Notes: generated by a model not told the origin, from the letters alone. A DNA stretch of 64,000 nt from Squalus acanthias (GCA_030390025.1 CM059432.1:868001-932000); one strand, 5' to 3'. Positions 1-12,740 are shown, counted from the first letter of the stretch. Numbers and translations: made by a program.

Positions 1-230
1 TAATTGAAGTGTTTAGGATGATTAAAGGATTTGCTAGGGTAGAGAGAGAGAAACTATTTCCTCTGGTGGGGAGAGTCCAGAACAAGGGGGCATAACCTTA
101 AAATTAGAGCCAGGCCGTTCAGGGATTGTGATGTCAGGAAGCACTTCTTCACACAAAGGGTAGTGGAAATCTCGAACTCTTTCCCCCAAAAAGCTTTTGA
201 GACTGGGGGTCAATTGAAAATTTTGAAACT
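1..230 (+). mobile_element. CR1-type LINE 3' fragment
   Basis: Encodes KLFPLVG...HNLKIRARPFR...FFTQRVV-like ORF2 C-terminus; recurs at 38610-38935 and (reverse) 18133-18488. Confidence 0.8.
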
Positions 231-585
231 AAGACCAGAGCTCACCAATACTGTCAGGAATGTAACAAGTGTCACCTTCGTAAGAGGCAACTGCCATCCA
301 GAAACCAAGAATTTCTAATTGAATCGTCCCATTCCTGGGCAATAGGTTGTTCACACCCAGCTTGAAAAAACAGTAGTTGGTTTGTGAATTAGAATAATTT
401 GAACTTTAATCTTTGTTTCAGTTCAAAAACCTCAGGAAAACTCAGATATAACGAATGATCAAAGTACATATTACAATCACAAAAACTAACCCTTTCAGAT
501 TGGCAAATGGATCTATCAGTGTAAAGGTTTTTTATTGCAGGTGCTGTTGTGTTAATATTAATGAATACATGTGTCTTCTTAACAG

Positions 586-703
586 CTCTTTCACGTGGCT
601 TATATTCTTATCAAGTTTGCTAACTCTCCGCGTCCTGACCTTTGGGTCCTTGAGAGATCAGTTGACTTTGGAAGATCCTACAACCCGTGGCAGTACTTTG
701 CTC
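586..703 (+). CDS. LAMA3: Laminin alpha3(B)-like, internal exon (exon 3 by human numbering), LN domain
   Basis: aacAG|...|GTaagt, 118 bp; translates [39 protein letters not shown], a laminin alpha3/5 LN motif; [10 protein letters not shown] and WQYFAH are alpha3-type. Confidence 0.93.
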
Positions 704-2280
704 GTAAGTTTCACAATTTTTAAATCTCAGGATTTTAGTTTGTTTTCTTGTTGCTTTTACAAATTGGAAGGTTCTTCAAGTTTGAACTCAAGCTTCTTTT
801 CTGAATTTAGGATCCTGCCTGTAAAATCGCTTTAAAATACGAGATGAGATGAGGAGAATTTTTTTTTACGCAGCAAGTTGTTACGTTCTGGAAATGCACT
901 GGCTGAAAGGGCGCTGGAAGCAGATTCAGTAATAACTTTCCAAAGGGAATTAGATAAATACTTAAAAAGGAGAAATTTGCGGGACTATGGAGAAAGAGCA
1001 GGGGGGAGTGGGACTAATTGGAGAGCTCGTTCAAAGAGCCGGCACAGGCACGATGGGCCGAATGGCCTCCTTCTGTGCTGTGAGATTCTATGATTCTATA
1101 TAATCCTGCAATAGATTTGGTTTTTGTGTGTGCATGTTTAGAAAATTTCACAAAAAAAGACATGTGCTAATCTCTCCAAGATTGGTTAGAACTGGAGGAG
1201 GCAGATCATTTTTGCAGACCCTGATACTGTGGAAACCTCTTAAAGTGAATTTGCACAATTACTAGCAAAAACTTCCCATTATCTGATTTATTCCTGTTAA
1301 ACTAACATTGCATACGCTAATCACATTTTCCCTTTAAAAGATTTTTAACATGATAAGGAGGAAACTCCGCCTCTTTATTTTTCATCTTCGGTTTCCATTG
1401 TTTCTAATAATTTCTTATTAACAGTAAAATAGCTGATTGCTGTTAATGAGAGCTTGCTGTGCATACATTGGCTGGTGCATTTCTCTATGTTACAACAGTG
1501 ACAACACTTCATATGTGCTTCATTGGCTGTGAAGCACTTTGGGACGTCCTGAGGTCGTGGAAAGGTGCTATAGAAATGCAAGTTATTTTTCTTTCTTTCT
1601 GCAAAGTAAAAGAATGTAAATGAATTTGATTAGTTACTGCATTCTAGACAGAACTATTTAAAAACAAATCAGTAGTACAGTGACAGAGAAAGCTGTAGTT
1701 ATTTTTAATTATACAAGGACCTTTAGATGTGGATATTTTCCCAGTCTTTTTATTCGTAATGATCTCCAGTTATTGAATTGGCAGACAAAATGACTATTAT
1801 GTATATTCGCAGCTGGTTAGACCTAGGAAGTGTTGGAGTTGGATAGTGCAGCTAACGCACTGGAAGCCTTGATAGTACAGAGGAAGGATAATTGGCCCTT
1901 TGTTGCAGTCTATCTCTGCTGTTTCGGTTTATTAGCAACCAGACATGTTTCAGCACACTTTCCATCATCAGTAGGGCACAGAACGCTGATTTATAACTCT
2001 GATTTGAACAGTATTAGCATTGTTTTCATATTCGAGTTGGACATCTGCTGAATGATGGTCCGTTCCAACCTCTATTAATGCTCAAGTTAGAGAATCTCTC
2101 CATGATGTTAATGAAGTTGGACAAAAGGCTGTTGATTATTTTTCAATAAATGTGCAGTGATTACATCACATTCTTTAATGCTTTAGCGTAGACATTGTTA
2201 AGGCATATGGTAATAAATGGATAGGAAGTTACTTAAAGGACAGAAAACAGCAATTTATGGTCAATGTATTTTTTTGGACG

Positions 2281-3700
2281 CCTCTATTAAATCTCTCCTT
2301 TACCTTCTCTGCTCTAAGGAGAAGAATCCCAGCTTCTCCAGTCTCTCCACATAACTGAAGTCCCTCATTCCCGGTATCATTCTGGTAAATCGCTTCTGCA
2401 CCCTCTCCAAGGCCTTGACAACCTTCCTAAAGTGTGGTGCCCAGAATTGGACCCAATACTCCACCTGAGGCCTAATCAGCATTTTATAAACGTTTAGCAT
2501 AACTTCCTTGCTTTTGTACTCTATGCCTTTATTTATAAAGCCAAGAATCCCATGTGCTTTATTAACAGCCTTCTCAACTTGTCCTGCCACCTTCCTAGAT
2601 TTTTCATTAGAAGAAAGAGGTTAAGAGGAGATCTAGAATTAGAATTATATAGAATATACAGCACAGAAATAGGCCATTCGGACCAACTAGTCTGTGCTGG
2701 CGTTAATGCTGTACACGAGTCGCCTCCCATTCCATCTCCCTCATCTCAGCCTTTCAGCATATCTTTCTATTGCCTTTTCTCTCATGTACTCGTCTAGTTT
2801 GCTTTTGAAAGCATCAATGCTTATCGCCTCAACCACTTCCTGTGGTAGCAAGTTCCACATTCTAATCACTCTCTGAGTAAAGAAATTTCTCCTTGTTTCC
2901 CTATTAGATTTATTAGTAACTATCTTGTATTTATGGCCCCTAGTTTTGGATTCTCCCACAAGTGGAAACGTTCTCTCCACGTCTAACCTGTTCAGCCCAT
3001 TCATAATTTTGAAGACCTCTATCAGGTCTCCTCTAAGTAGTGTCTATTCTTTTGAAAAAATCCTAACCTGTTCAATCTTTCCTAATAACTGTAATCTCTC
3101 AGTTAAGGTACCATCATTGTAAATCTTTCTCCAGTCTAATAGAGGTATTCAAAATTTTGAGAGGTTTTCATAGAATCATAGAATGATACAACACATCGTG
3201 CCTGTGCCGGCTCTTTGAACGATCTCTCCAATTAGTCCCATGTCCTTCCCCTTTCCCCAAAGCCCTGCAAATTTTCCCCTTCAAGTATTTATCCAATTCC
3301 CTTTGGATTCTGCTTCCACCGCCCTTTCAGGCAGTGCATTCCAGATCACAACAACACGCTGTGTAAAAAAAACTCTCCACATCACACCTCTGGCTCTTTT
3401 GCCAATTACTTTAAATCTGTGTCCTCTGGTTACCGACCCTCCTGCCAGTGGAAACAGTTTCTCCTTATTTACTCTATCAAAACCCTTCATGATTTTTAAC
3501 ACCTTGATTAAATCCCCCCATAACCTTCTTTGCTCTAAGGAGAACAATCCCAGCTTTGATAAAGTAAATCGGGAGAAACTATTTCCACGGATCAGTAAGT
3601 CTGTAACTCGAGGGCACAACTTCATTATGTCCTTAAACACAATGAAGAATGAAGGGAGAGGCTAGGAGAATGGTTTTTTTTATGCAGAGGATTGTTAGGA
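2281..3700 (-). mobile_element. Cluster of CR1-type LINE 3' fragments (mostly minus strand)
   Basis: ORFs 2300-2590, 2741-3004 and 3281-3640 give RPQVEYWVQFWAP, LERVQKRFTRMIP and FFTQRVIRMWN motifs of CR1 ORF2. Confidence 0.88.
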
Positions 3701-3792
3701 CATGAAATAGCCACCAGAAAAAGAATCCAGAAGAGCTTTTAAATGGAAAGCGGATAAATATTTGAAAAATAAAAATTTACAAACTAAGTTAA

Positions 3793-4185
3793 AAAGACTT
3801 GCATTTCTATAGCGCCTTTCACGACCTCAGGACATCCCAAAGCAATTTACAGCCAATGAAGTACTTTTGGAGTGTAGTCACTGTTGTAATGTAGAAAACA
3901 TGGCAGCCAATTTGCACACAGCAAGCTCCCACAAACAGCAATGTGATAATGACCAGATAATCTGTTTTAGTGATGTGGATTGAGGGATATGGGGGATATT
4001 GGCCAGGACACCGGGGATAACTCCCCTGCTCTTCTTTGAAATAGTGCCATGGGATTTTTTGCATCCACCTGAGAGAGCAGGCGGGGCCTCAGTTTAACGT
4101 CTCATCCGAAAGACGGCACCTCCGACAGTGGAGCACTCCCTCAGCACTGCACAGGAGTGTCAGCCTATTATTTTCGTGCTCAAGG
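3793..4185 (-). mobile_element. DeuSINE (SacSINE1/AmnSINE1-like) SINE
   Basis: Reverse complement of the Deu-domain core (gagggagtgctgcactgtcggaggtgccgtctttcggatgagacgttaa) with an L2-like tail (ggcgctat...aaatgcaagtc). Confidence 0.8.
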
Positions 4186-4664
4186 CTGTGGCAAAAGGGC
4201 AGCAGAATGGGACTAAATAGATAGCTCTTTCAGAGACAACATACGTGCATTGGGCTGAATGGCCTCCTTCTGTGCTGTAAAATGTTATTATTCTGTGATT
4301 CTATATCAATGACACCGAGTGCATTGGCTGTCTGTTCACATTGAGAGCTGCCAAGAAGAAAAAGACCCCCAAATGGAACAAAATCACCCCAATAAAGTTC
4401 ACAGTCAATACTATAAATATGATAGATACCTTGGACTGATTTCAAGGTTGTAATCTCATGTCAGAGTTCAAGCTGTGCTCTTATGATTTATAATATCATG
4501 TTAACCACAAAACAAGATTAGTGCCTTGTAATCAATTTTGTATAGTTATTATTCTCCATATAATCAGTCAGAATGGATAAGCAGTATTGTAAGGAAGATT
4601 GAGAACAAGTTTTTAATCTAGTGATGCGTTAACTACCAATTGTCTGGAATGTCCAAGGTACATA

Positions 4665-5350
4665 AAAACATAGAAACATAGAAGATAGAAAATAGAAGCA
4701 GGAGTAGGCCATTCGGCCCCTCGAGCCTGTTCCGCCATTTAATGAGATCATGGCTGATCATCCAAACTCAGTACCCTGTACCTGCCTTCTCCCCATATCC
4801 CTTGATCCCTTTAGCCTTAAGAAATATATCTAACTCCTTCTTGAATATATTTAATGAATTGGCCTCAACTGCCTTGTGTGGTAGAGAATTCCACAGGTTC
4901 ACTACTCTCTGGGTGAAGAAATTCCTCCTCATCTCAGTCCTAAATGGATTACCCCTTATCCTTAGACTGTGACCCCTGGTTCTGGACTCCCCGCCATCGG
5001 GAACATCCTTCCTGCATCTAGTCTGTTTAGTCCTGTCAGAATTTTATAAGCACTGACGAGATGCGAGTTGTAGGCTGAGGGCATTCTGCCTCCTGTTATC
5101 CCAAATAATCTACTTGAATTGGTCATGCGGAGTGGAAATCTGGAACACTCTTCCCCAAAAAGCTGTTCAGGCTGGGGGTCAGTTGAAAATGTCAAAACTG
5201 AGATTAATAGATTTTTCTTGGGTAAGGGTGTTAAGGGTTACAGAACCAAGGCGGGTAAATGGAGTTAAGATGCAGATCAGCCGTGATCGAATTGAATGGT
5301 GGAACAGGCTCGAGGGGCTTAACAGCCGACTGCTGTTCCTATGTTCCTAC
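4665..5350. mobile_element. Two CR1 3' fragments in opposite orientation
   Basis: Minus-strand tail 4665-5050 (gatcagccatgatc...ggcctactcctgct) and plus-strand fragment 5130-5350. Confidence 0.75.
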
Positions 5351-5851
5351 TGGCTTGGAAATACAAAGAAGAAGCTGATAAATTGAAAAGAATCTGACTG
5401 GGAAGCAGTGACTAATGGAGTTGTATCTAGATTCCTTCTGTTCACATTATTCTTAATTTTCATGTTATTCATAAACAATATGGGCAAGAAAGACAGGTGT
5501 GACTGTATCTTGCACCTTATCTACACACCCGTCCTTACCACAGGTCCCACTAGTTCTGGCCCAGACAGTCCTTCCTGGGCAAGTCTCCCACCTGTCATTG
5601 GTGATTTGGTTTCACAAAGGGGCTGCCCTATAGCTATACCATTTCCTGTAGGGCGGAATGCAGACAACTTGTACCACATGAACCGCTCCTCCCTGGCGCA
5701 TGAAGGTTCATTACTGCATTAACCTTTTATGCCATTGGATCTTTCTTGGCCACCTTTGGTCCCGTTTGCAAAATCAGTAAGTTGGTTGTCCATAGATGCA
5801 TCAGGCAAGTGATAGGAGCCTAGTTTGAAAGAAACATAGTCATCACAAGAA

Positions 5852-6737
5852 GAAGAAAGACTTGCAACACGGTGGCATAGTGGTTAGCACTGGTGTCTCA
5901 CAGCGCCAGGGACCCGGGTTCGAATCTGACCTCGGGTGACTGTCTGTGTGGAGTTTGCACATTCTCCCCGTGTCTGCGTGGGTTTCCTCCGGGTGCTCTG
6001 GTTTCCTCCCACAGTCCAAAAATGTGTGGGTTAGGTTGATTTGGCTATGATAAATTGACCCTTAGTGTTAGGGGGTTATTAAATATGTGGGGTTATGGGG
6101 ATAGGATAGGATATGTTAGGGGGAATTAAATACGTGGGGTTACGGGGGTAGGGTGGGATATGTGTACTGTGGGGATTAAAGCAGCGACAGGGTACTGGAT
6201 TTGGATGATCAGCCATGATCGTATTGAATGGTGGAGCAGGCTCGACGGGCCGAATGGCCTACTCCTGCTCCTGGATTCTATGTTTCTATAGCGCCTTTCA
6301 TGGCCTCAGAACATCCGAAAGCGCTTTACAGCCAATTACGTACTTTTGAAGTGTAGACACTGTTGTAATGCAGGAAACACGGCAGGCAATTTGTGCACAG
6401 CAAGCTCCCACAAACAGCAATGTAATAATGACCAGATAATCTGTTCTTTTTAGTTATGTTGGTTGAGGGATAAATATTGGCCAGGACACCGGGGGATAAC
6501 TCCCCTGCTCTTCATCGAAATAGTGCCATGGGATCTTTTACGTCCACCTGAGAGGGCAAATGGGGCCTCTGTTTAACGTCTCATCTGAATGACGGCACCT
6601 CCAACAGTGCAGCACTCCCTCAGTACTGCACTGGAAGTGTCAGCCTGGAGTTTGTGCTCAAGTCTCTGGAGTGGGACTTGAACCCATAACCTTCTGACTC
6701 AGAGGGAGAGAGTGATACCCACTGAGCCACAGCTGAC
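5852..6737 (-). mobile_element. Full-length DeuSINE interrupted near its 3' end by a V-SINE
   Basis: tRNA-like head at 6650-6737 (rc: tcagctgtggctcagtgggta...gggttcaagtcccactcc) plus Deu core; tail gacttgca|...|tatagcgcc is split by the insertion. Confidence 0.82.
5866..6284 (+). mobile_element. HE1/V-SINE-like tRNA-derived SINE
   Basis: A box tggcatagtgg, B box ggttcgaatc, V-domain tgtgtggagtttgcacattctccccgtgtctgcgtgggtttcctccggg, CR1-derived 3' tail. Confidence 0.85.
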
Positions 6738-7571
6738 CTCACAATCCTTGTGGAAAGGAGACTTCAGGTGGACCGGCACAGAAGATTTACTGGATTGTCC
6801 AGAGCATTGTAGATAGAACCTGTGTACTGTACAACCACTGAGATTGGCCATTACCTCGTGACAGGCATGGTCCACTGCTGTTCTCTGGAGACAGTGCCCC
6901 GAACTGCCAAACAATGCAACCTATTTGCACCCGTCTCATCCTACAACATGCCTACTTTGCCAGCCATGAAACAGATAGTCAGGTGTTGCCCCGCTCCGTC
7001 ACTTTTGGCAAGACTTCAATTGATGCCCCTTCGTTGGGTTCCCTTTCACAATATTATTGCCTGCACATCTTCCCTCCCTTTCCCAACCCCCTCCCTCCCC
7101 CATAGGCATAGCAGGGGCTGAAAATATTTAAAATCCATTTTGAACCTTTACAAAGGCTGAGACAACTATTTGCCCCATGTGCAACCGTTTGCCTTTAAGT
7201 AGGTGCATCCCTTTAAATTTGAGCTGCAATCCAGATTTTCTGCATCTCCTAATTTGATGAGCTGAAAGCACAAGGCCAAAGCTGTACCAGAAGTTTATGC
7301 TAGTTGTTTAAGTGACCCATACCTTTCCCATGGCGAGCTCAGTGTGTTTCGGTCAAGCTATGCACGGTCAGACTGCCATTCCCGACACAAACTCTGCCAA
7401 GAACTCAGAAACGCGCTGCTTTAGTATCTGACGAGCAGAGCACGCTTATCCCGCTCAGTGTGAGGTACAACGGCCGTGGGAACCGAACTCATGTAACATT
7501 AGACGTCAGGTCATTGCAAATAAATCTCAAGAGTTTTAACAAGGTGCTGCTTGGCTCAATTTACGCTCCAG

Positions 7572-7690
7572 ATACCAAGCGCGATTGTGAAGTGTTCTTC
7601 GGAACAAGAGCCCGTGGGCGGATTACCAGTGATGACGATGTCATCTGCACTACAGAATATTCACGGATTTTACCCCTCGAGAATGGCGAG
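7572..7690 (+). CDS. LAMA3: Laminin alpha3-like exon 4, LN domain
   Basis: ccAG|...|GTaaga, 119 bp, phase-compatible; (H)[39 protein letters not shown]. Confidence 0.93.
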
Positions 7691-7939
7691 GTAAGAGGCT
7701 GAACTGGAATCAAGAAGCACCGTTCGTGAACGAGCTTAATGATGTATGCTAAAATGAAACTTGCTCTTTACGGACCACCAGTAAGTGGGAGCTAACTGGA
7801 CATCTGCAGTCAGAGTTAAAGAAAAGAACAAACATAATAAAATGAATCTGTTGTTGATGCTGCAGTTGTAATACATCATAAAACTGTGTAGAAGCTGCCT
7901 AATGCTGTATTTCAATGAATTATTTATACAAGAGGAGAT

Positions 7940-8395
7940 TTACCAGAGGTGTTGAAAATTATGAAGGGTTTTGATTAGGGTAAATAAGGAGAAACTGTTT
8001 CCACTGGCAGGAGGGTCGGGAACCAGAGGACACAGATTTAAGGTGATTGGCAAAAGAACCAGAAGGAAAATTAGGAGAATTTTTTTAACGCAGCGAGTTG
8101 TTGTGATCTGGAATGCGCTGCCTGAAATGGTGGTGGAAGCAGATTCAACAATAACTATCAAAAGGGAATTGGATAAATACGATGGGAGAAAAGTACTTTC
8201 TGGTAGATGGAAATCTGACAAAAAAGGACAAATGCGTCCAGATTAGATATCATCAGGATGTAAGGAGAAATGTGCAGGGCTATGGGGGAAAGAGCAGGGG
8301 GGGAGTGGGACTAATTGGAGAGATCGTTCCAAGAGCCGGCACAGGCACGATGGGCTGAATGGCCTCCTTCTGTGCTGTAAGATTCTGTGGTTCTA
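7940..8395 (+). mobile_element. CR1-type LINE 3' fragment
   Basis: ORF 7971-8246 EKLFPLAGGSGTRGHRFKVIGKR...VIWNALP plus the typical tail. Confidence 0.82.
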
Positions 8396-8486
8396 TTTAT
8401 TTGAGTTAAAAATGACTTTTGCTTGATCCACCATTAGTTCCACGCAGGAAACTTGTGCTACCTTCTAATGACAACATTTTCCATAG

Positions 8487-8657
8487 ATTGTTATATCTTT
8501 GGTGAATGGTCGTCCAGGATCCACAAACTTCAATGATTCTCCTGTGTTAAGAGAATTCACAAAGGCTACAAATATCAGGCTTCGATTTCTTAGGACCAAC
8601 ACCTTACTGGGTCATCTGATATCCAAGACTCAAAAGGATCCCACCGTCACTCGAAGG
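8487..8657 (+). CDS. LAMA3: Laminin alpha3-like exon 5, LN domain
   Basis: catAG|...|GTaggt, 171 bp; [63 protein letters not shown] is alpha3-type (alpha5 has GHLMGK). Confidence 0.95.
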
Positions 8658-8753
8658 GTAGGTGCAGCGCTGACTCGATACAGAAACAGAAGGAATGCTT
8701 TCATTTGAGGTTATGGGTCTGCAAATATTGAATGCAGAGGAACTAAAGTAATG

Positions 8754-9355
8754 GGGGATGAAATTGGCTCGCGCCCCCATTGGGGCGATAACTTCGCCGG
8801 GCCGCTACTTTTAGCACCCCGAAAATGTTAGCACCCCCGCGCCCGAAATTGTGTTGTAGCGCCCCAAGCAGGGGACGGGGCGCTACTGGAAGCGCTCCCC
8901 CTCCCTCTTGGGGCGCTCCCATTGAATATCGCGGCGCTACGTGCTGCAGCGCCACCTGCGTCGGTACGTAGCACCGCGGTACTGCAGGCCTCCCTCCCCT
9001 GATTAAAGGGGAGGGGCCTAGCGCAGCGCGCACCAGAGCCCTGCTGGATCGCCGGGGAGCGGGGTGCCGGCAAAAGAGCCCGGCACTCAAGAGGAGCGCC
9101 GGGCTGACGGATCGCGGCCAGCACTCCGCAGGAGGAGGCCAGAGGGCGCAGGTGCTGGCAGGCGGCCCAAAAAAATGGCCGCCCGGCACCTGCCCTTTAA
9201 TTATCGTCGCCCTGGCCGCAAGAACTCCCCCCTGTCGGACATCGCGTCCGGCAGTAGGTCAGGAGGCTGAATTTCATGAGAGGCTTTCGCGGCGCCTCGC
9301 CCGGGCGCTAGTTGCTTTGCTAACGGGAGGCGCAAAGCAACCGAATTTTTCCCCC
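8754..9355. mobile_element. GC-rich PIF/Harbinger-type MITE
   Basis: Ends ggggatgaaatt / aatttttccccc, 3-bp TSD ATG; right end resembles the 895-bp family at 20751/21661/30589. Confidence 0.75.
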
Positions 9356-9397
9356 ATGATGTTTTGATTGTGAAGAAAGGTTTTATGTTTTACTTAT

Positions 9398-10248
9398 GGG
9401 TCAGTCGTGGCTCAGTGGGCAGCACTCTTGCCGCTGAGTCAGAAGGTTGTGGGTTCAAGTCCTGCTCCAGAGACTTGAGCACATAATCCAGGCCAACACT
9501 CCCAGTGTAGTACTGAGGGAGCGCCGCACTGTCGGAGGGACAGTACTGAGGGAGTGCCGCACTGTTGGAGAGGCAGTACTGAGGGAGCGCCGCACTGTCG
9601 GAGGGACAGTACTGAGGGAGCGCCGCACTGTCGGAGGGGCAGTACTGAGGGAGCGCCGCACTGTCGGAGGGGCAGTACTGAGGGAGCGCCGCACTGTCGG
9701 AGGGGCAGTACTGAGGGAGCGCCGCACTGTCGGAGGGGCAGTACTGAGGGAGCGCCGCACTGTCGGAGGGGCAGTACTGAGGGAGCGCCGCACTGTCGGA
9801 GGGACAGTACTGAGGGAGCGCTGCACTGTCGGAGGGGCAGTACTGAGGGAGCGCCGCACTGTCGGAGGGACAGTACTGAGGGAGTGCTGCACTGTCGGAG
9901 GGGCAGTACTGAGGAAGTGCTGCACTGTCGGAGGTGCTGCCTTTTGGATGAGATGTTAAACCTTTTGCCCTCTCAGGTGAATGTAAAAGATCCCAAGGCA
10001 GGATGTCTAAGAAGAGCAGGGGAGCTCTCCCCAGTGTCCTGGCCAATATTTATCCCTCAATCAACATCACTAAAACAGATTATCTGGTCATTATCACGTT
10101 GCTGTTTGTGGGAGCTTGCTGTGTGCAAATTGGCTTCCACGTTTCCCACGTTATAACAATGATACGCTTCAAAAAGTACTTCATTGGCTGTGAAGCACTT
10201 TGGGAGGTCCCGAGGTCGTGAAAAATGCTATATAAATACAAGTCTTAC
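9398..10248 (+). mobile_element. DeuSINE with internal tandem expansion
   Basis: tRNA-like head gggtcagtcgtggctcagtgg...gggttcaagtcc, Deu core, L2-like tail. Confidence 0.85.
9508..9936 (+). repeat. 33-bp minisatellite, 13 copies
   Basis: Unit cagtactgagggagcgccgcactgtcggagggg; units start at 9508, 9541 ... 9904. Confidence 0.97.
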
Positions 10249-10273
10249 TTTTTACTTTTGTACAATTGGCTAC

Positions 10274-10693
10274 CATAGAAACATAGACATAGAAACTAGG
10301 AGCAGGAGTAGGCCATTCGGCCCGTCGAGCCTGCTCCACCATTCAATACGATCATGGCTGATCATCCAAATCCAGTACCCTGTCCCTGCTTTCCCACACA
10401 GAATCCCCATCGAGCCTGCACTGACACATATCCCACCCTATCCCCGTAACCCCACGTATTTAATTCCCCCTAACATATCCCATCCTATCCCCGTAACCCC
10501 ACATATTTAATCCCCCCCTAACACTAAGGGTCAATTTATCATAGCCAAATCAACCTAACCCGCACATTTTTGGACTATGGGAGGAAACCGGAGCACCCGG
10601 AGGAAACCCACGCAGACACGGGGAGAATGTGCAAACTCCACACAGACAGTCACCCGAGGCCGGATTCGAACCCGGGTCCCTGGCGCTGTGCTA
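10274..10693 (-). mobile_element. HE1/V-SINE-like SINE (second copy)
   Basis: Reverse-complement match to 5866-6284, including the V-domain and CR1 tail. Confidence 0.85.
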
Positions 10694-11149
10694 CCAAACT
10701 TAATACGACAAAATATCAGCAAACTGCTGGGTTGGCTTCTCAACCAAGGTCAGATTATTCCCCTCCAACAACTGACAGAAAAGCTCCTTCTCACATAGCA
10801 TGACTATCCCACTCCAAATTAAACATCTCCTCGCTTCAAAAGGTATGAGCCCACTCCATGGGAACCCCAGCAAATCCCCATAGATATATATCTTCACCCC
10901 CTGCACCGTGCTTGCCTCCTGGGACACTATATACAACTGTTCTTGTAACAGACAGAGACTTTCTCCCATCATTTTGGGTTAGATTCAAAAGTAAAGCTAT
11001 TTATGGTCAGTCCATTGATGAGCTGTACAATAGTAGCGTACTGTAATTTCCTCTCTTTTTATTGTACAGAGTCAGCAATTTAATCCTCTTTCTTGACAAT
11101 AAAAGGAATGAAGGTAATGTCCAGTCATTAATTGTGTCTGTTCTCTCAG

Positions 11150-11247
11150 TATTATTACAGCATCAAGGACATCAGTGTTGGAGGTCGATGCGTTTGCAAT
11201 GGTCATGCTGACACTTGCAACGCAAGGAACCCAGAAAACCCATTCCA
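11150..11247 (+). CDS. LAMA3: Laminin alpha3-like exon 6, LN end / LE1 start
   Basis: ctcAG|...|GTaagt, 98 bp; [32 protein letters not shown]. Confidence 0.95.
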
Positions 11248-11330
11248 GTAAGTAGTCATTTAATTTGTTAGTTGTACATTCATGGGAGGTTTTTCAACAT
11301 TTTCAACCCTGGTGGAAGTGTAAACATCTG

Positions 11331-12076
11331 GGCGTGCAGTTTCCGCTAGGGGCACAATCGGCTAAATGTGGCCAGAATACGGCCGACACTGCGCCGGTTT
11401 TGCCGAGGTGAAGTTGCGCTCAACTTTCCGAGTAAACTCATTAGCATAAGCGCCAACGTAAAATCTCCCACGATCCAGCGCAATTCAACGGCGTAATCGA
11501 TCGGTGCCTGGATCAGAACGTCTTCCAACATCGCAAAGAGGCGTGGGAGTGCCAGGAAATGAGCCATTCTTCCCATGACTGATGTAATGCTCATGGTCTT
11601 ACTTTTTAAAAGTTGGCTTCAATTGGCTGCTTTGATGTGCTCTTTGCACACGAGACCGGTGACCAGCAGTCAATTGAAGTCACACAGGTGTGTCCTGCTC
11701 TGCTTCAGTTGACTGAATTTAGACTAACATAAACCGAATCTAAAGTAATTGCAGCAGCAGCAGCAGGGGAAACAGACCTGGGTCAGGCTTCAATTGACTG
11801 CCTGGTCACTGCAGGTACCGGTGATTAACGCTGGAGTCAGTTGACCATTGGCTGCCTGTGCTCCCATGAACCTGGGCACAATTTGATCAACACTCCCGAA
11901 CAGGCGCAATCGACGCAAGCTCGGCATTTTGACCTGGGGCGTGGCCAGTTTTGTGGGCAGGGACTGCTTCGGGCGAATGAACCGGCCTAAAATTCTGCGA
12001 CCTTTAGCGCTACTTCATTCAATTCCACCCAGATTACGCTGATAATTGGGCGTAAATCATGCGGAAACTCCATGCC
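11331..12076. mobile_element. MITE, PIF/Harbinger-type
   Basis: TIR ggcgtgcagtttccgc / gcggaaactccatgcc (2 mismatches); 3-bp flanks CTG/CAG; empty-site paralogue at ~26140-26160 (reverse). Confidence 0.75.
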
Positions 12077-12434
12077 CAGCATTCGATACCGAAAGAAACA
12101 TTGAATTCTTCTTTTGAAACTATCCTGCACCAGACCTATTAGTTTATCTTCAACCTTGTTTTTTTAGCACTTTTTACGGCAGTAATTTCCCTCCCTATCC
12201 TGAGGTGGGCTCCCCAACACATGCAGGAATCATGCCAGGAGCCCACCCAGCATATCTAAATTTTTTTAGGGATGGGCAAGGTGGTGGTGAGCCACCTTCT
12301 TGAACCGCTGCAGTCCACGAGGTGAAGGTGCTCCCACAGTGCTGTTAAGAAGGGAGTTCCAGGTTTTTGACACAGCAACGATGAAGGAACGGCGATATTT
12401 AAGGAGCTATTTAGATATTGGAATAACAGATATA

Positions 12435-12740
12435 TTTTTAAGAGCATTTTAAAGTAGGAGAGAGGGGTAGAGAGGTGGAGAGGTTGAAGGAGGGAATCCC
12501 GGAGCTTGGGACCCAGGCAGCTGAAGGCACAGCTGTCAATGGTGGGGCGAAGTAAATCGGGGATGCACAAGAGGCCAGAATTGGAGGAGAGCAGATATCT
12601 CGGAGGATTGTGGGGCTGGAGGAGGTTACAGAGATAGGGAAGAGCGAGGCTGTGGAGGGATTTGAAAACAAGGATGAGAATTTAAAATTTGAGGACCCTA
12701 TGTGGGTGATGGAGGAACGGGACTTGGTGTGAGTTAGGAT
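12435..12740 (-). mobile_element. L2-type LINE 3' fragment
   Basis: Matches the L2 copies at 16606 and 25334 (AFSCLGPKL motif). Confidence 0.75.

Noticed and set aside
5866..5935. tRNA gene
   Set aside because: A/B boxes run directly into a V-SINE body with a CR1 tail; it is a SINE head. The same applies to DeuSINE heads such as 9398-9470.
8743..9367. GC-rich block as a CpG-island promoter or coding exon
   Set aside because: Bounded by TIRs and a TSD; explained as a MITE.
9390..10156. Repetitive ORFs (SDSAALPQYCP)n and a CRISPR-like appearance
   Set aside because: Contiguous 33-bp tandem units with no unique spacers, inside a SINE in a vertebrate intron; no cas genes.
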